From: Bacteroidales bacterium
Lineage (GTDB): Bacteria > Bacteroidota > Bacteroidia > Bacteroidales > UBA10428
DNA length: 64,000 nucleotides
Assembly (NCBI GenBank): GCA_050287785.1
Contig: JBNKCO010000010.1
Coordinates: 39,340 to 103,339, forward strand
Reading direction: 5' to 3'
Shown: in pieces, positions 10,279 through 19,457 of the stretch
Layout: each line of letters starts with the position of its first letter
Numbering within the stretch: position 1 is the stretch's first letter
The notes under the pieces: generated by a model
Seen by the model: the letters and a program-made list of their open reading frames with translations, nothing else
The model's database searches: none
What the model was told of the DNA's origin: nothing
Program-made: the position numbers and the translations under genes

Positions 10279-11385
10279 TTATAATTTATAAAATTCTTTT
10301 ATAGTTTGTGCGATGTATTCTTGTTGGCTCTCATCTAGCTCTGTATGCATTGGCAATGAAAGTACACTATTGCATAACATATCTGACACCTCAAAGTTTC
10401 CTTTAGCTTTATACGCATTTTGGTTATGCATCCCGACAGGATAATAAATCATTGAAGGTATGCCTTTATTTTCAAGGTGCGATTTCAATTCATTTCGTCT
10501 TTCAACAATAATTGTGTACTGATGAAATACATGTGAAGAATTTTCCACTCTCTGAGGAGTTTTAACTTCTTTTATACCATATAAGAGCGTATCGTATCGA
10601 TTTGCAGCTTCTCTTCTTAATTCATTATAGACATCGATATATTTCAGCTTTACAGACAAAATTGCGGCTTGAATTGTATCTAATCTGGAGTTAACACCTA
10701 CAATATCGTGATAATACTTCACTTTAGCTCCATGATTTGCAATTACTGCTAATTGCTTACCCAAATCATCATTATTTGTGAAAATTGCACCTCCATCGCC
10801 ATAGCACCCCAAGTTTTTTGAAGGGAAGAAGCTGGTACAACCAATATCGGCAACAGTTCCCGCTTTATGCCATTCTCCATTAATATTTATTTCAGCTCCA
10901 AAAGCCTGAGCATTGTCTTCAATTACATAAACATTATGTTCCTTAGCAATTCTGTTTATTTCTGAAATATTTGCGCATTGCCCATACAAATGTACAGGAA
11001 TAACAGCCTTAGTCTTTTTGGAAATGGCCTTTTCAAATTTCTCGATGTCCAGTAAAAAAGTACCAGGACTCACATCAACAAATACAGGCTTAAGCTTTAA
11101 TAAAGCAACCACTTCAGCTGTGGCAATAAATGTAAAATCAGGGATAATAACTTCATCGCCTGGTTGAAGATTCAATGCCATTAGTGCGATTTGAAGAGCA
11201 TCTGTTCCATTGGCGCAAGGAATAACATACTTACAATTCAGATAAGCACCCAATTCCATTTTCAGTTCACTAACCTGTGGCCCATTAATAAAGGTAGAAG
11301 AGTCAATAACTTTCTGTATTGCAGAATCTATTTCCAATTTTATTTTTTGGTACTGCCCATTAAGATCGACCATTTTAATATTCAT
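10279..11385 (-). CDS. DegT/DnrJ/EryC1/StrS-family PLP aminotransferase, WbpE-like
   Basis: Family-typical N-terminus (I.MVDLNGQY), NGTDAL, and SFFPSKNLG with the PLP lysine. The ORF-track GTG at 11391 is trimmed to the ATG at 11385. Confidence 0.8.
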   Translation of the reverse strand: MNIKMVDLNGQYQKIKLEIDSAIQKVIDSSTFINGPQVSELKMELGAYLNCKYVIPCANGTDALQIALMALNLQPGDEVIIPDFTFIATAEVVALLKLKPVFVDVSPGTFLLDIEKFEKAISKKTKAVIPVHLYGQCANISEINRIAKEHNVYVIEDNAQAFGAEININGEWHKAGTVADIGCTSFFPSKNLGCYGDGGAIFTNNDDLGKQLAVIANHGAKVKYYHDIVGVNSRLDTIQAAILSVKLKYIDVYNELRREAANRYDTLLYGIKEVKTPQRVENSSHVFHQYTIIVERRNELKSHLENKGIPSMIYYPVGMHNQNAYKAKGNFEVSDMLCNSVLSLPMHTELDESQQEYIAQTIKEFYKL

Positions 11386-11546
11386 TGCCACTTTTTTTTT
11401 GCGAAAATAACTAAAATAGATTTACGAGGCTAAATCAAACAAAACCAAGTCATTCAATTTCATTATTAATTGATGAATTTAAAATAATTATAGACGAATA
11501 TGAATAATTGTTTATTGTTTAAAAATTTAGGTATATAGAAAACATG

Positions 11547-11554
11547 TATTTTTG
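11547..11554 (+). promoter_or_regulatory. Candidate Bacteroidota -7 promoter box (TAttTTTG)
   Basis: Exact TAnnTTTG match 36 nt upstream of the TTG start at 11590. Confidence 0.3.
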
Positions 11555-11589
11555 TGCAAGTAGTACTTTAGCATTTTTAAAGATACCTA

Positions 11590-12549
11590 TTGAATTTAGC
11601 TCCATACATAAAAGAATTAGTTTTGCTTAATGAATGTATCATTCTGCCAGGTTTTGGTGGATTCGAAACTCAATATGCCCCAGCCAAATTTGATTCTGAC
11701 ACACAGCAAATGCTACCACCAGACAAAATTGTTTATTTTAAATCTGATTATAAGGTGGGTGGAGAGATTCTGGAGCGTCATTTACAAAAAGTCCTTTACA
11801 TTAATGAACTAGAAGCAAAAGAACTATTAACGAATTATGTTGAAGAAATAAAATCAGCCTTAGCTGAAGAAAAATATTTTCTTGTCGATGAAGTTGGAGA
11901 ATTTAGTGTTAATGAAAAAGGTATACTTAATTTTTCCGCTATACAGAACGAAAACTATCTTGCAGAATCTTTTGGCCTTGATTCCATTGATATCGAAGCA
12001 AACGAATTTGAATCGAGATCTGAAGAAATAAGAAAAAAGGTTTTAAAAATTCGCCCCAGAAGCAATACTTTAACTTTTGTAATAGTCGGTATATTAGTTG
12101 TAGTTGTACTATTAGCCATAACGGTATTTATTTCATCCAAATTCGATTTGTATTTATTTAATATGGGCACTACCGAGAAAACAAATGATCTTATTGTAAT
12201 AGGAGGTAATTCCAACAACGATTCAACATACACCCAAATAGCACAAACAATTGATGAGATTACTGACTTAAAAAATGCTCTCCGGTTTTCCGAAGAAACA
12301 ACTATTGTAAAAAAAGAACCTTCAACATTCTACATTTTAGTTGCAGGAAGTTTTAAGGGATTTAACAATGCTCAGGAAGTTCAAAAGAAACTTACAGACG
12401 AAGGCTTTTCAGCTGATATTGTTGAAGCAGGAGGCTATTTTCGTGTTAGTATTGGTCAGTTTACTAATAAGCCTGAAGCACTTCGCGAACTTACAAGAAT
12501 AAGGACACAAATCGATCGTTCTGTTTGGCTATTAACCGTTTCAGAATAA
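11590..12549 (+). CDS. HU-like (HU-CCDC81-type) N-terminal domain / transmembrane segment / C-terminal SPOR-domain protein
   Basis: N-terminus LPGFGGFE resembles bacterial HU-CCDC81 modules. One hydrophobic segment (LTFVIVGILVVVVLLAITVFI). C-terminal FYILVAGSF...GGYFRVSIGQF matches SPOR. TTG is the only start available, because an in-frame TAA ends at 11580. Confidence 0.72.
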   Translation: MNLAPYIKELVLLNECIILPGFGGFETQYAPAKFDSDTQQMLPPDKIVYFKSDYKVGGEILERHLQKVLYINELEAKELLTNYVEEIKSALAEEKYFLVDEVGEFSVNEKGILNFSAIQNENYLAESFGLDSIDIEANEFESRSEEIRKKVLKIRPRSNTLTFVIVGILVVVVLLAITVFISSKFDLYLFNMGTTEKTNDLIVIGGNSNNDSTYTQIAQTIDEITDLKNALRFSEETTIVKKEPSTFYILVAGSFKGFNNAQEVQKKLTDEGFSADIVEAGGYFRVSIGQFTNKPEALRELTRIRTQIDRSVWLLTVSE

Positions 12550-12598
12550 TAAATAAGTTTGAGATCAATATCAAGTTAAAAAGATGTTCTTGATTTTA

Positions 12599-14746
12599 TT
12601 ATTCCTCAAAAGATTCTTCAATTATTCCAAAATCTAGTTGCTTCCTTACTAAATTGGTTCTTAGTACTTCAACCTTAATTTTACTTCCCAGTTGATAGAT
12701 ATTCCCATTGTTACGACCAATTAACCAATAATTTTCATCATCATACTCGTAAAAATCATCAACCAATTCGCGAACAGCTACCAAGCCTTCGCATTTATTC
12801 TCTATAATTTCTACGAATATTCCGAATTCAGAAACTCCAGAAATAATACCATCAAAAGCTTGCCCTACTTTATCTTGCATAAATTCAACTTGTTTATACT
12901 TAATTGAGGCTCTTTCGGCTTCAGTGGCTAATTGCTCCATTTCTGAAGAGTGCTGACAATAACCTTCATATTTTTTCTTGCTCTTTGATTCTCCGCCGTT
13001 CAAATAATGATTTAACATTCGATGTACCATTACATCGGGGTATCTCCTAATAGGTGAGGTAAAATGAGTATAATACTTAAACGACAATCCGTAGTGACCA
13101 ATATTAACTACAGAATATTCCGCTTTGGCCATGGACCTTACAGCAAGGGTCTCAACCAAATCTTGTTCAGGTTTTCCTTTAACATCTTTCAAAACTTTAT
13201 TTAGTGAATGAGAGATGTTGTCAGCTGAAGTTAACATAAGCTTATGCCCGAATTTCCCTAGAATTCTATTAAACTTTTGTAGTTTTTCCGGATTTGGTTT
13301 ATCATGAATACGATAAACAAAGGTTTTCTTATTCTTCTTATTCTCTACATTACCAATAAAGTTTGCTACCTGTTTGTTAGCAAGTAACATAAATTCCTCA
13401 ACCAACTCATTCGAAAGTCCATGCTCCCTGAAATAAACTCTAAGTGGTTTTCCTGTTTCATCAATATCAAACTTAACTTCATCGCGATCAAAAGAAATAG
13501 CTCCATCTTTGTATCTCTGATTTCGAAGTATTTGAGCAAGTTCATTTAGTTTAAGAACTTCTTTACTAAAATCTCCCGGGTTGCCATCAATTATATCTTG
13601 TGCCTCGCGATAAGTAAACCGTCGATTAGAATAAATAACCGTTTTCCCAAACCATTCGTCCTTTAATTCAGCATTATGATCTAACTCAAAAACCGCAGAA
13701 AAACAGAGTTTCTCTTCTTCTGGTCTTAAAGAACAGATAAAATTCGAAAGTCGCTCTGGTAACATTGGAACTACTCTATCTACAAGGTAAACAGAAGTAG
13801 CACGGTTTAGCGCTTCCTCATCCAATGGAGATTTGGGTTTAATATAATGTGTTACATCTGCAATGTGTACACCAACTTCCCAATTCCCATTTTCAAGCTT
13901 CCTCAGTGAAAGAGCATCATCGAAGTCTTTTGCATCGTCAGGGTCTATTGTAAAAGTTGTGATATCGCGAAAATCACGTCTTTCGCTATAATCAATCTCT
14001 GTTATTTCAGCAGGGATTAGTTCTGCCTCTTTATTCATTTCTTCTGGAAAGCTATATGGTAACCCATATTCAGCCAAAATTGCATGGATCTCTGTTTCGT
14101 GTTCACCCGGATTACCTAGTACTTCAACAACTTCACCAAATGGGTTCTTTGCTCTAGCTGGCCAATCAGTAATCTTAGCAACTACTTTCTGTCCGTTTTT
14201 AGCACCATTTATTTTTTCTAGTGGGATAAACAGATCATGGGGCATTTTCCGCGAATCGGCCTCAAAGAATGCAAATTTATCCATTACTTCAATATTGCCT
14301 ACAAAAGTATCACGTGCCCTTTCCAGAACCTCATGCACCTCTCCTTCCGGATTATGTTTCTTGCGTTTTGCAAAAAGGGTAACCTTTACCAAATCGCCAC
14401 TTAGAGCATGATTAAGGTTGTTTTTCGATATAAAAACATCCTCTTCAATAGCATCTGTAATAACAAACCCATAACCACCCTGTGCTATATCAAGTCTGCC
14501 AATAATAAAATTAGCAACAGGCTTTAGTCGAAATTTTCCCGGAGTAAGTTCTTCCAAAATACCATCATCAGCCAATTCTCTTATTATAGTAGCAACAAGT
14601 ATTCTTTCATCGGCTTTTTTAAAAAACAGTAGTTTAGCAACTTGTTTGAAATTGAATGATTTTTTTGGTGCATTTGTAAATAGGCCAATCACATTATTTG
14701 TAAGTGACTTTCTATCTATTTTCCCTTTTTTTGACTTTCTCGACAT
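12599..14746 (-). CDS. rnr: Ribonuclease R
   Basis: RNB catalytic domain (DPDDAKDFDDA), cold-shock-like N-terminal domains and a C-terminal S1 domain (GIISGVSEFGIFVE). 715 aa. Confidence 0.93.
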   Translation of the reverse strand: MSRKSKKGKIDRKSLTNNVIGLFTNAPKKSFNFKQVAKLLFFKKADERILVATIIRELADDGILEELTPGKFRLKPVANFIIGRLDIAQGGYGFVITDAIEEDVFISKNNLNHALSGDLVKVTLFAKRKKHNPEGEVHEVLERARDTFVGNIEVMDKFAFFEADSRKMPHDLFIPLEKINGAKNGQKVVAKITDWPARAKNPFGEVVEVLGNPGEHETEIHAILAEYGLPYSFPEEMNKEAELIPAEITEIDYSERRDFRDITTFTIDPDDAKDFDDALSLRKLENGNWEVGVHIADVTHYIKPKSPLDEEALNRATSVYLVDRVVPMLPERLSNFICSLRPEEEKLCFSAVFELDHNAELKDEWFGKTVIYSNRRFTYREAQDIIDGNPGDFSKEVLKLNELAQILRNQRYKDGAISFDRDEVKFDIDETGKPLRVYFREHGLSNELVEEFMLLANKQVANFIGNVENKKNKKTFVYRIHDKPNPEKLQKFNRILGKFGHKLMLTSADNISHSLNKVLKDVKGKPEQDLVETLAVRSMAKAEYSVVNIGHYGLSFKYYTHFTSPIRRYPDVMVHRMLNHYLNGGESKSKKKYEGYCQHSSEMEQLATEAERASIKYKQVEFMQDKVGQAFDGIISGVSEFGIFVEIIENKCEGLVAVRELVDDFYEYDDENYWLIGRNNGNIYQLGSKIKVEVLRTNLVRKQLDFGIIEESFEE

Positions 14747-14942
14747 TGTTTTATTTATAATACATTTAAATAATAGGTTGTTATTTGCCTAAATATATGG
14801 AATTTAAAGTATTGTTGCTATTTAGAAAGATAGTTTATAAAATGTCCTTTCTCATATTTTTTAAAGATAACTGCTTCAGCAAATTAACCTGTGTTTGACA
14901 AACTTAATAAAACTGCAACCTATTTTATCATAATAATATTAT

Positions 14943-14950
14943 TATTTTTG
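14943..14950 (+). promoter_or_regulatory. Candidate Bacteroidota -7 promoter box (TAttTTTG) for the acyl-CoA carboxylase operon
   Basis: Exact TAnnTTTG match 125 nt upstream of the ATG at 15075, which implies a long leader. Confidence 0.22.
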
Positions 14951-15074
14951 TCACCTAAATTATATGGCACATAAGACAGAATACATATTAATATCTCGCT
15001 CAAACACCTCTCATAAATCTACTATTATAGACTGACAACTCTATAGCTATAGGTTTTCACACAAACAAATCTTT

Positions 15075-16631
15075 ATGGATATAAACGGTAAACTATACAA
15101 GAAATTCCTGGAAAGAAATGCTGCTTACAATCAGCAGCATGGAAATCTAGCCGCTTCTAAACAACATTCTAAAGGGAAGCTTACTGCACGTGAAAGAATT
15201 GAACTACTTTTTGATGATGGAACATTTGACGAAATTGACGCATTTACTCGTACAGCCCCTGCCGAATCAAACTTCGGAAAAGTAGTAACTGCCTATGGTG
15301 ATGGTGTAATTATAGGGCATGGTAAAATAAAAGGACGAACAGCCTTTGTATATTCGCAGGATTTTACTGTAATGGGTGGTTCTTTGGGCTCAGTGCATGC
15401 TGAAAAAATTGTCAAGATACAAGATATGGCTATGAAAATGGGTGCCCCTATTATTGGAATAATTGACTCTGGGGGAGCCAGAATCCAGGAAGGAGTTGCC
15501 AGTCTTGCCGGTTATGCGAGTATTTTTAAAAGAAATGTGCAATCATCTGGAGTAATTCCTCAAATTTCAATAATTATGGGACCTGCTGCTGGTGGTGCGG
15601 TATATTCTCCATCAATTACCGACTTTATTTTTATGACAAATAAAACTAGTTATATGTTTGTAACTGGTCCTAACGTTGTAAAAGAGGTATTGAATGAAGA
15701 TGTTAGTTTTGACGAATTGGGTGGAGCTGAGGTACACATGAAAAAAAGTGGTGTTGCTCAATTTGTATATGAAGATGAAGAAAATACGCTTTTAGGCGTG
15801 AAAAAGCTTCTTTCTTATATTCCCTCAAATAATCTTGAGAATCCACCAATAATGAACGCTAGTGATAATCATCAGGAAGCAGATGAGACACTTTGCGAAA
15901 TAGTTCCAGACGATCCGAATAAACCATATGATATTAAAGATGTAATCAGACGCATTGTTGATAAGGAAACCTTTTTCGAAGTAGCTGAGTTGTTTGCTCA
16001 GAATATTGTTGTGGGATTTGCTCGTCTGCAGGGAAAATCTATTGGAATTCTGGCAAATCAGCCTAAAGTTCTGGCAGGGACCTTGGATATCAATTCTTCA
16101 ACAAAAGGAGCACGTTTTATTAGATTTTGTGACAGCTTCAACATTCCATTATTAACCTTGGAAGATGTGCCAGGTTTTTTACCTGGAATTGATCAGGAGC
16201 ATAGCGGAATCATTCGACATGGAGCCAAGCTTCTTTATGCTTATGCAGATGCAACAATTCCGAAAATAACTGTAATTCTTAGAAAAAGTTATGGTGGAGC
16301 CTATTGTGTAATGAACAGTAAAAACCTTGGTGGCGATTTTAACTTTGCATGGCCAACAGCAGAAATTGCAGTAATGGGTCCGGAAGGAGCTGTTTCGATA
16401 TTATATAGAAAGGAACTGATAGAATCAGAAAATCCTGCGAAACTTAAAAAAGAACTTGCAAAACGGTATAGAGACGAAATTGCTAATCCTTACGTGGCTG
16501 ATGAAAAAGGATATATTGATGAAGTAATTGATCCAGCAGAAACCAGACGCAAATTAATTTTTGCATTTAATGCACTTGAGAACAAGCATGTAAACAGACC
16601 ATCTAGAAAGCATGGGAATATACCTCTTTAA
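15075..16631 (+). CDS. Acyl-CoA carboxylase carboxyltransferase subunit (propionyl-CoA carboxylase beta / methylmalonyl-CoA carboxyltransferase 12S family)
   Basis: 518 aa. Typical GKLTARERI..LLD.G.F.E, DFTVMGGSLG, IMGPAAGGAVYSP and SYGGAY motifs. Confidence 0.9.
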   Translation: MDINGKLYKKFLERNAAYNQQHGNLAASKQHSKGKLTARERIELLFDDGTFDEIDAFTRTAPAESNFGKVVTAYGDGVIIGHGKIKGRTAFVYSQDFTVMGGSLGSVHAEKIVKIQDMAMKMGAPIIGIIDSGGARIQEGVASLAGYASIFKRNVQSSGVIPQISIIMGPAAGGAVYSPSITDFIFMTNKTSYMFVTGPNVVKEVLNEDVSFDELGGAEVHMKKSGVAQFVYEDEENTLLGVKKLLSYIPSNNLENPPIMNASDNHQEADETLCEIVPDDPNKPYDIKDVIRRIVDKETFFEVAELFAQNIVVGFARLQGKSIGILANQPKVLAGTLDINSSTKGARFIRFCDSFNIPLLTLEDVPGFLPGIDQEHSGIIRHGAKLLYAYADATIPKITVILRKSYGGAYCVMNSKNLGGDFNFAWPTAEIAVMGPEGAVSILYRKELIESENPAKLKKELAKRYRDEIANPYVADEKGYIDEVIDPAETRRKLIFAFNALENKHVNRPSRKHGNIPL

Positions 16632-16697
16632 TTAAAAGACAAAAGTTTATTTTTGTCCAATCATCCACTAACTTGATTCGAATAAAATAACAAAAAG

Positions 16698-18200
16698 ATG
16701 GGAATTAAAAGCTTGTTAATAGCAAACAGAGGCGAAATAGCCATCAGAATATGCGATACTTGTAAAAAGATGGGTATCAAAACTTTTGGAATTAAAACTT
16801 CAAAGGAACCCAATGCACTTTATTTAAAATCGCTTGACCAAATAATAGATTTTTCTGAAGATATTGATGATATCCCTGAATTCTTAGATGTTGAGCGATT
16901 AGTAGGAGTAGCTGTCTCATACAAGATTGATGCTATTCATCCGGGATATGGGTTTCTGGCTGAGAGTCCATATTTCGCAAAAAGGTGTGAAGAAGAGAAA
17001 ATTCTGTTTATTGGACCTTCAGCAGATATTATCTATAAAATGGGTAATAAAACTATCGCCAAACAATTAGCCAGAAAATATAATGTCCCTCTGCTTTCAG
17101 GAAGTCAGGGAAATGTAAAAAATCCGGCAGAAGCAACTAAAATTGCTAAAACTGTTGGATACCCTGTTATTTTGAAAGCTGCTGCAGGCGGTGGTGGTAG
17201 AGGTATGCGAATAGTTGAGAAAGAATCTCAACTAGAGAAAATGTTTCGCTTATGTACAAACGAAGCTGAGAAAGCATTTAATGATGGCTCTGTTTTTATT
17301 GAAAAGTATGTTCGAAATCCGCGACATATTGAATTTCAGGTTTTTGGAGACAAACATGGAAACTATATCCATTTAGGTGAAAGAGAATGTTCTATCCAAC
17401 GTAAGCATCAGAAACTGCTGGAAGAGGCGCCATCATCGGCTTTGGACGAAAAGCTACGAAAAGAGATGGGAGATGCTGCAATAAGAATTGCCGAATCCGT
17501 TAAATATTTCACAGCTGGTACTGTGGAATTTCTATTAGATGCAGATGGTAGCTACTTTTTTATGGAAATGAATACACGTATTCAAGTTGAACATCCGGTG
17601 ACAGAACTTGTTACTGGTATCGATCTAATAGAACTTCAGATAAAAACTGCCATGGGAGAAAAGCTTCCTCTTAAACAAGAAGATGTAAAACTTAAAGGTT
17701 GGGCTATTGAGTGTCGTATAAATGCAGAAGATGCTCAGGCTGGTTTTTCTCCATTTCTTGGAACAATAGATAAAATTCAGTTCCCAAGAAGTAAAAACAT
17801 TCGAATCGATACAGGTATTACCGAAAAATCTGTAGTTACTCCTTATTACGATTCAATGTTAGCTAAATTAATTGTTTTTGGGGAAAATAGGGAAAAAGCT
17901 ATTTCAAATATGGTAAATGCCTTAAACAAATTCTGGATAAAGGGAATTAAAACTACTATTCCATTTCACAAAGCTGTGCTCACCAATAAGAAATTCAAAA
18001 AGGGAGATTTCAACACCTCTTTTATTGAAAAGGAGATGAACAGTCTTATTTATCAGGGAGAAGATGATGAAATGCTTGCTTCCTATTTGGCAACGTTTGA
18101 TTTTGTTGCATCACTTGAAACTGAGGATAGTGCTCATGTTGATTTTGAAAACAAAAACCTTAGTCCATGGGTGTTAAATAAGCGTTTAAAGTCTTCCTAA
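16698..18200 (+). CDS. accC: Biotin carboxylase subunit (ATP-grasp)
   Basis: LIANRGEIA, HPGYGFLAE, GGGGRGMR glycine loop, EMNTRIQVEHPVTE. 500 aa. Confidence 0.92.
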   Translation: MGIKSLLIANRGEIAIRICDTCKKMGIKTFGIKTSKEPNALYLKSLDQIIDFSEDIDDIPEFLDVERLVGVAVSYKIDAIHPGYGFLAESPYFAKRCEEEKILFIGPSADIIYKMGNKTIAKQLARKYNVPLLSGSQGNVKNPAEATKIAKTVGYPVILKAAAGGGGRGMRIVEKESQLEKMFRLCTNEAEKAFNDGSVFIEKYVRNPRHIEFQVFGDKHGNYIHLGERECSIQRKHQKLLEEAPSSALDEKLRKEMGDAAIRIAESVKYFTAGTVEFLLDADGSYFFMEMNTRIQVEHPVTELVTGIDLIELQIKTAMGEKLPLKQEDVKLKGWAIECRINAEDAQAGFSPFLGTIDKIQFPRSKNIRIDTGITEKSVVTPYYDSMLAKLIVFGENREKAISNMVNALNKFWIKGIKTTIPFHKAVLTNKKFKKGDFNTSFIEKEMNSLIYQGEDDEMLASYLATFDFVASLETEDSAHVDFENKNLSPWVLNKRLKSS

Positions 18201-18218
18201 ATATTTAAAAGTAAACTT

Positions 18219-18743
18219 ATGAAGAAGTCAAAAAAATCACCCGAATTTATAGCAGTTTCTGCTCAAAACAATAAATATAGAATAAAGGATCTGTTTAGTG
18301 AAAATTTAAAAATTAATCATAAAAAACAGGATATTCAGATTTTCGATGATGAAAATGGTTTTACATACCTCCTCTTTAAGAATAAAAAATATCATGCGGA
18401 AATAGTTGAAAAAAGCCAGAACAGGTATATAGTACTTATCAATGGCGTTACCTATAATTTCACTATTGAGACTCCAATATCTTTCAAGAGGAAGAAATAT
18501 CTTGATAAGCAAAAGGCTAAAAACAAAGTTGAATCTTTACAGGCTCCAATGCCAGGCAAAATTGTTGATATTTTAGTTGAACCCGGTGCCGAGGTTAAAC
18601 TTGGCGAAGCTATTCTTATTCTTGAGGCAATGAAAATGCAGAATGAGATTGCAGCTCCAATTGATGGAAAGGTTATTAAGGTTCATGTTAAACCAAATGA
18701 AACAGTAAATAAAGATGATATTCTGATAGAAATAGAGAGATAA
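18219..18743 (+). CDS. Biotin carboxyl carrier protein (biotinyl domain)
   Basis: C-terminal biotinyl domain with the EAMKMQNEI biotinylation motif. It completes the carboxyltransferase / biotin carboxylase / carrier operon. Confidence 0.85.
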   Translation: MKKSKKSPEFIAVSAQNNKYRIKDLFSENLKINHKKQDIQIFDDENGFTYLLFKNKKYHAEIVEKSQNRYIVLINGVTYNFTIETPISFKRKKYLDKQKAKNKVESLQAPMPGKIVDILVEPGAEVKLGEAILILEAMKMQNEIAAPIDGKVIKVHVKPNETVNKDDILIEIER

Positions 18744-18745
18744 AC

Positions 18746-18774
18746 AAAAAGCGAGGTTTTCACCTCGCTTTTTT
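18746..18774. terminator. Intrinsic terminator between the convergent carrier-protein gene and the response regulator
   Basis: Stem gcgaggt / acctcgc with loop tttc, then a T6 run, preceded by an A5 run. Overlaps the stop codon of the minus-strand regulator. Confidence 0.6.
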
Positions 18775-19417
18775 ATATTTTAACTAGTCCGCTTTTTATT
18801 GCATAAACTACCAGACTAACTGAGTTTTTCGAATCGGTTTTAAAAAGTAAACTTGACCGATGCCGTTCAACAGTTCTCTGACTAATGAACAGTTTTTCGG
18901 ATATTTCCTGATTTGAATGCCCAACACAAATTAGCTCAAGAACTTCTTTCTCTCTGCGGGTAAGCTCAACGGTATCGTCGGTAGGTTTATTCTTAATTAA
19001 CTGCAACAGTAATTCCTGAGAAAAATAGCTACCCCCTTTGTATACTTTTCTTATCGCATCAATTAGCTCATCATTATCAATATCTTTTAAGATAAATCCT
19101 TTAACTCCAAGATCAATCATCGTGTTATAATAATCTACCTCCCCAAACATCGAAAGTACAAGCACTTTAAGATTCGGAAATTTCTCCAGTGCTCTTCTGG
19201 TGGCTTCAACCCCATCAACAACAGGCATATTAATATCCATTAACACTAAATCGGGTTGATATTGATCAAGGAAATCCAGAAATTCCTGTCCGTTTGATGC
19301 TTCAAAAGCAATCTCAATATCTTCTGTATCGCTAATAATAAAATTGATTCCACTACGAAAAAGTTGGTGGTCATCAACTAGGGCGACTTGAATTTTTTTT
19401 ACGGTTGGGTTGCTCAT
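18773..19417 (-). CDS. Response regulator, NarL/LuxR family (REC + HTH_LuxR)
   Basis: VALVDDH...DLVLMDINMP receiver motifs and a C-terminal LT.REKEVL..I..G.SN.EI helix-turn-helix. The ORF-track TTG at 19438 is trimmed to the ATG at 19417. Confidence 0.88.
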   Translation of the reverse strand: MSNPTVKKIQVALVDDHQLFRSGINFIISDTEDIEIAFEASNGQEFLDFLDQYQPDLVLMDINMPVVDGVEATRRALEKFPNLKVLVLSMFGEVDYYNTMIDLGVKGFILKDIDNDELIDAIRKVYKGGSYFSQELLLQLIKNKPTDDTVELTRREKEVLELICVGHSNQEISEKLFISQRTVERHRSSLLFKTDSKNSVSLVVYAIKSGLVKI

Positions 19418-19457
19418 TATAGTTATAAAATTAGACAATCATTCTATCTGAAACAAA

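Noticed and set aside
11191-11433. 80-aa plus-strand ORF spanning the 5' end of the aminotransferase gene and its promoter region.
   Set aside because: It is antisense to a well-supported DegT-family N-terminus and is low-complexity F/I/K-rich sequence.
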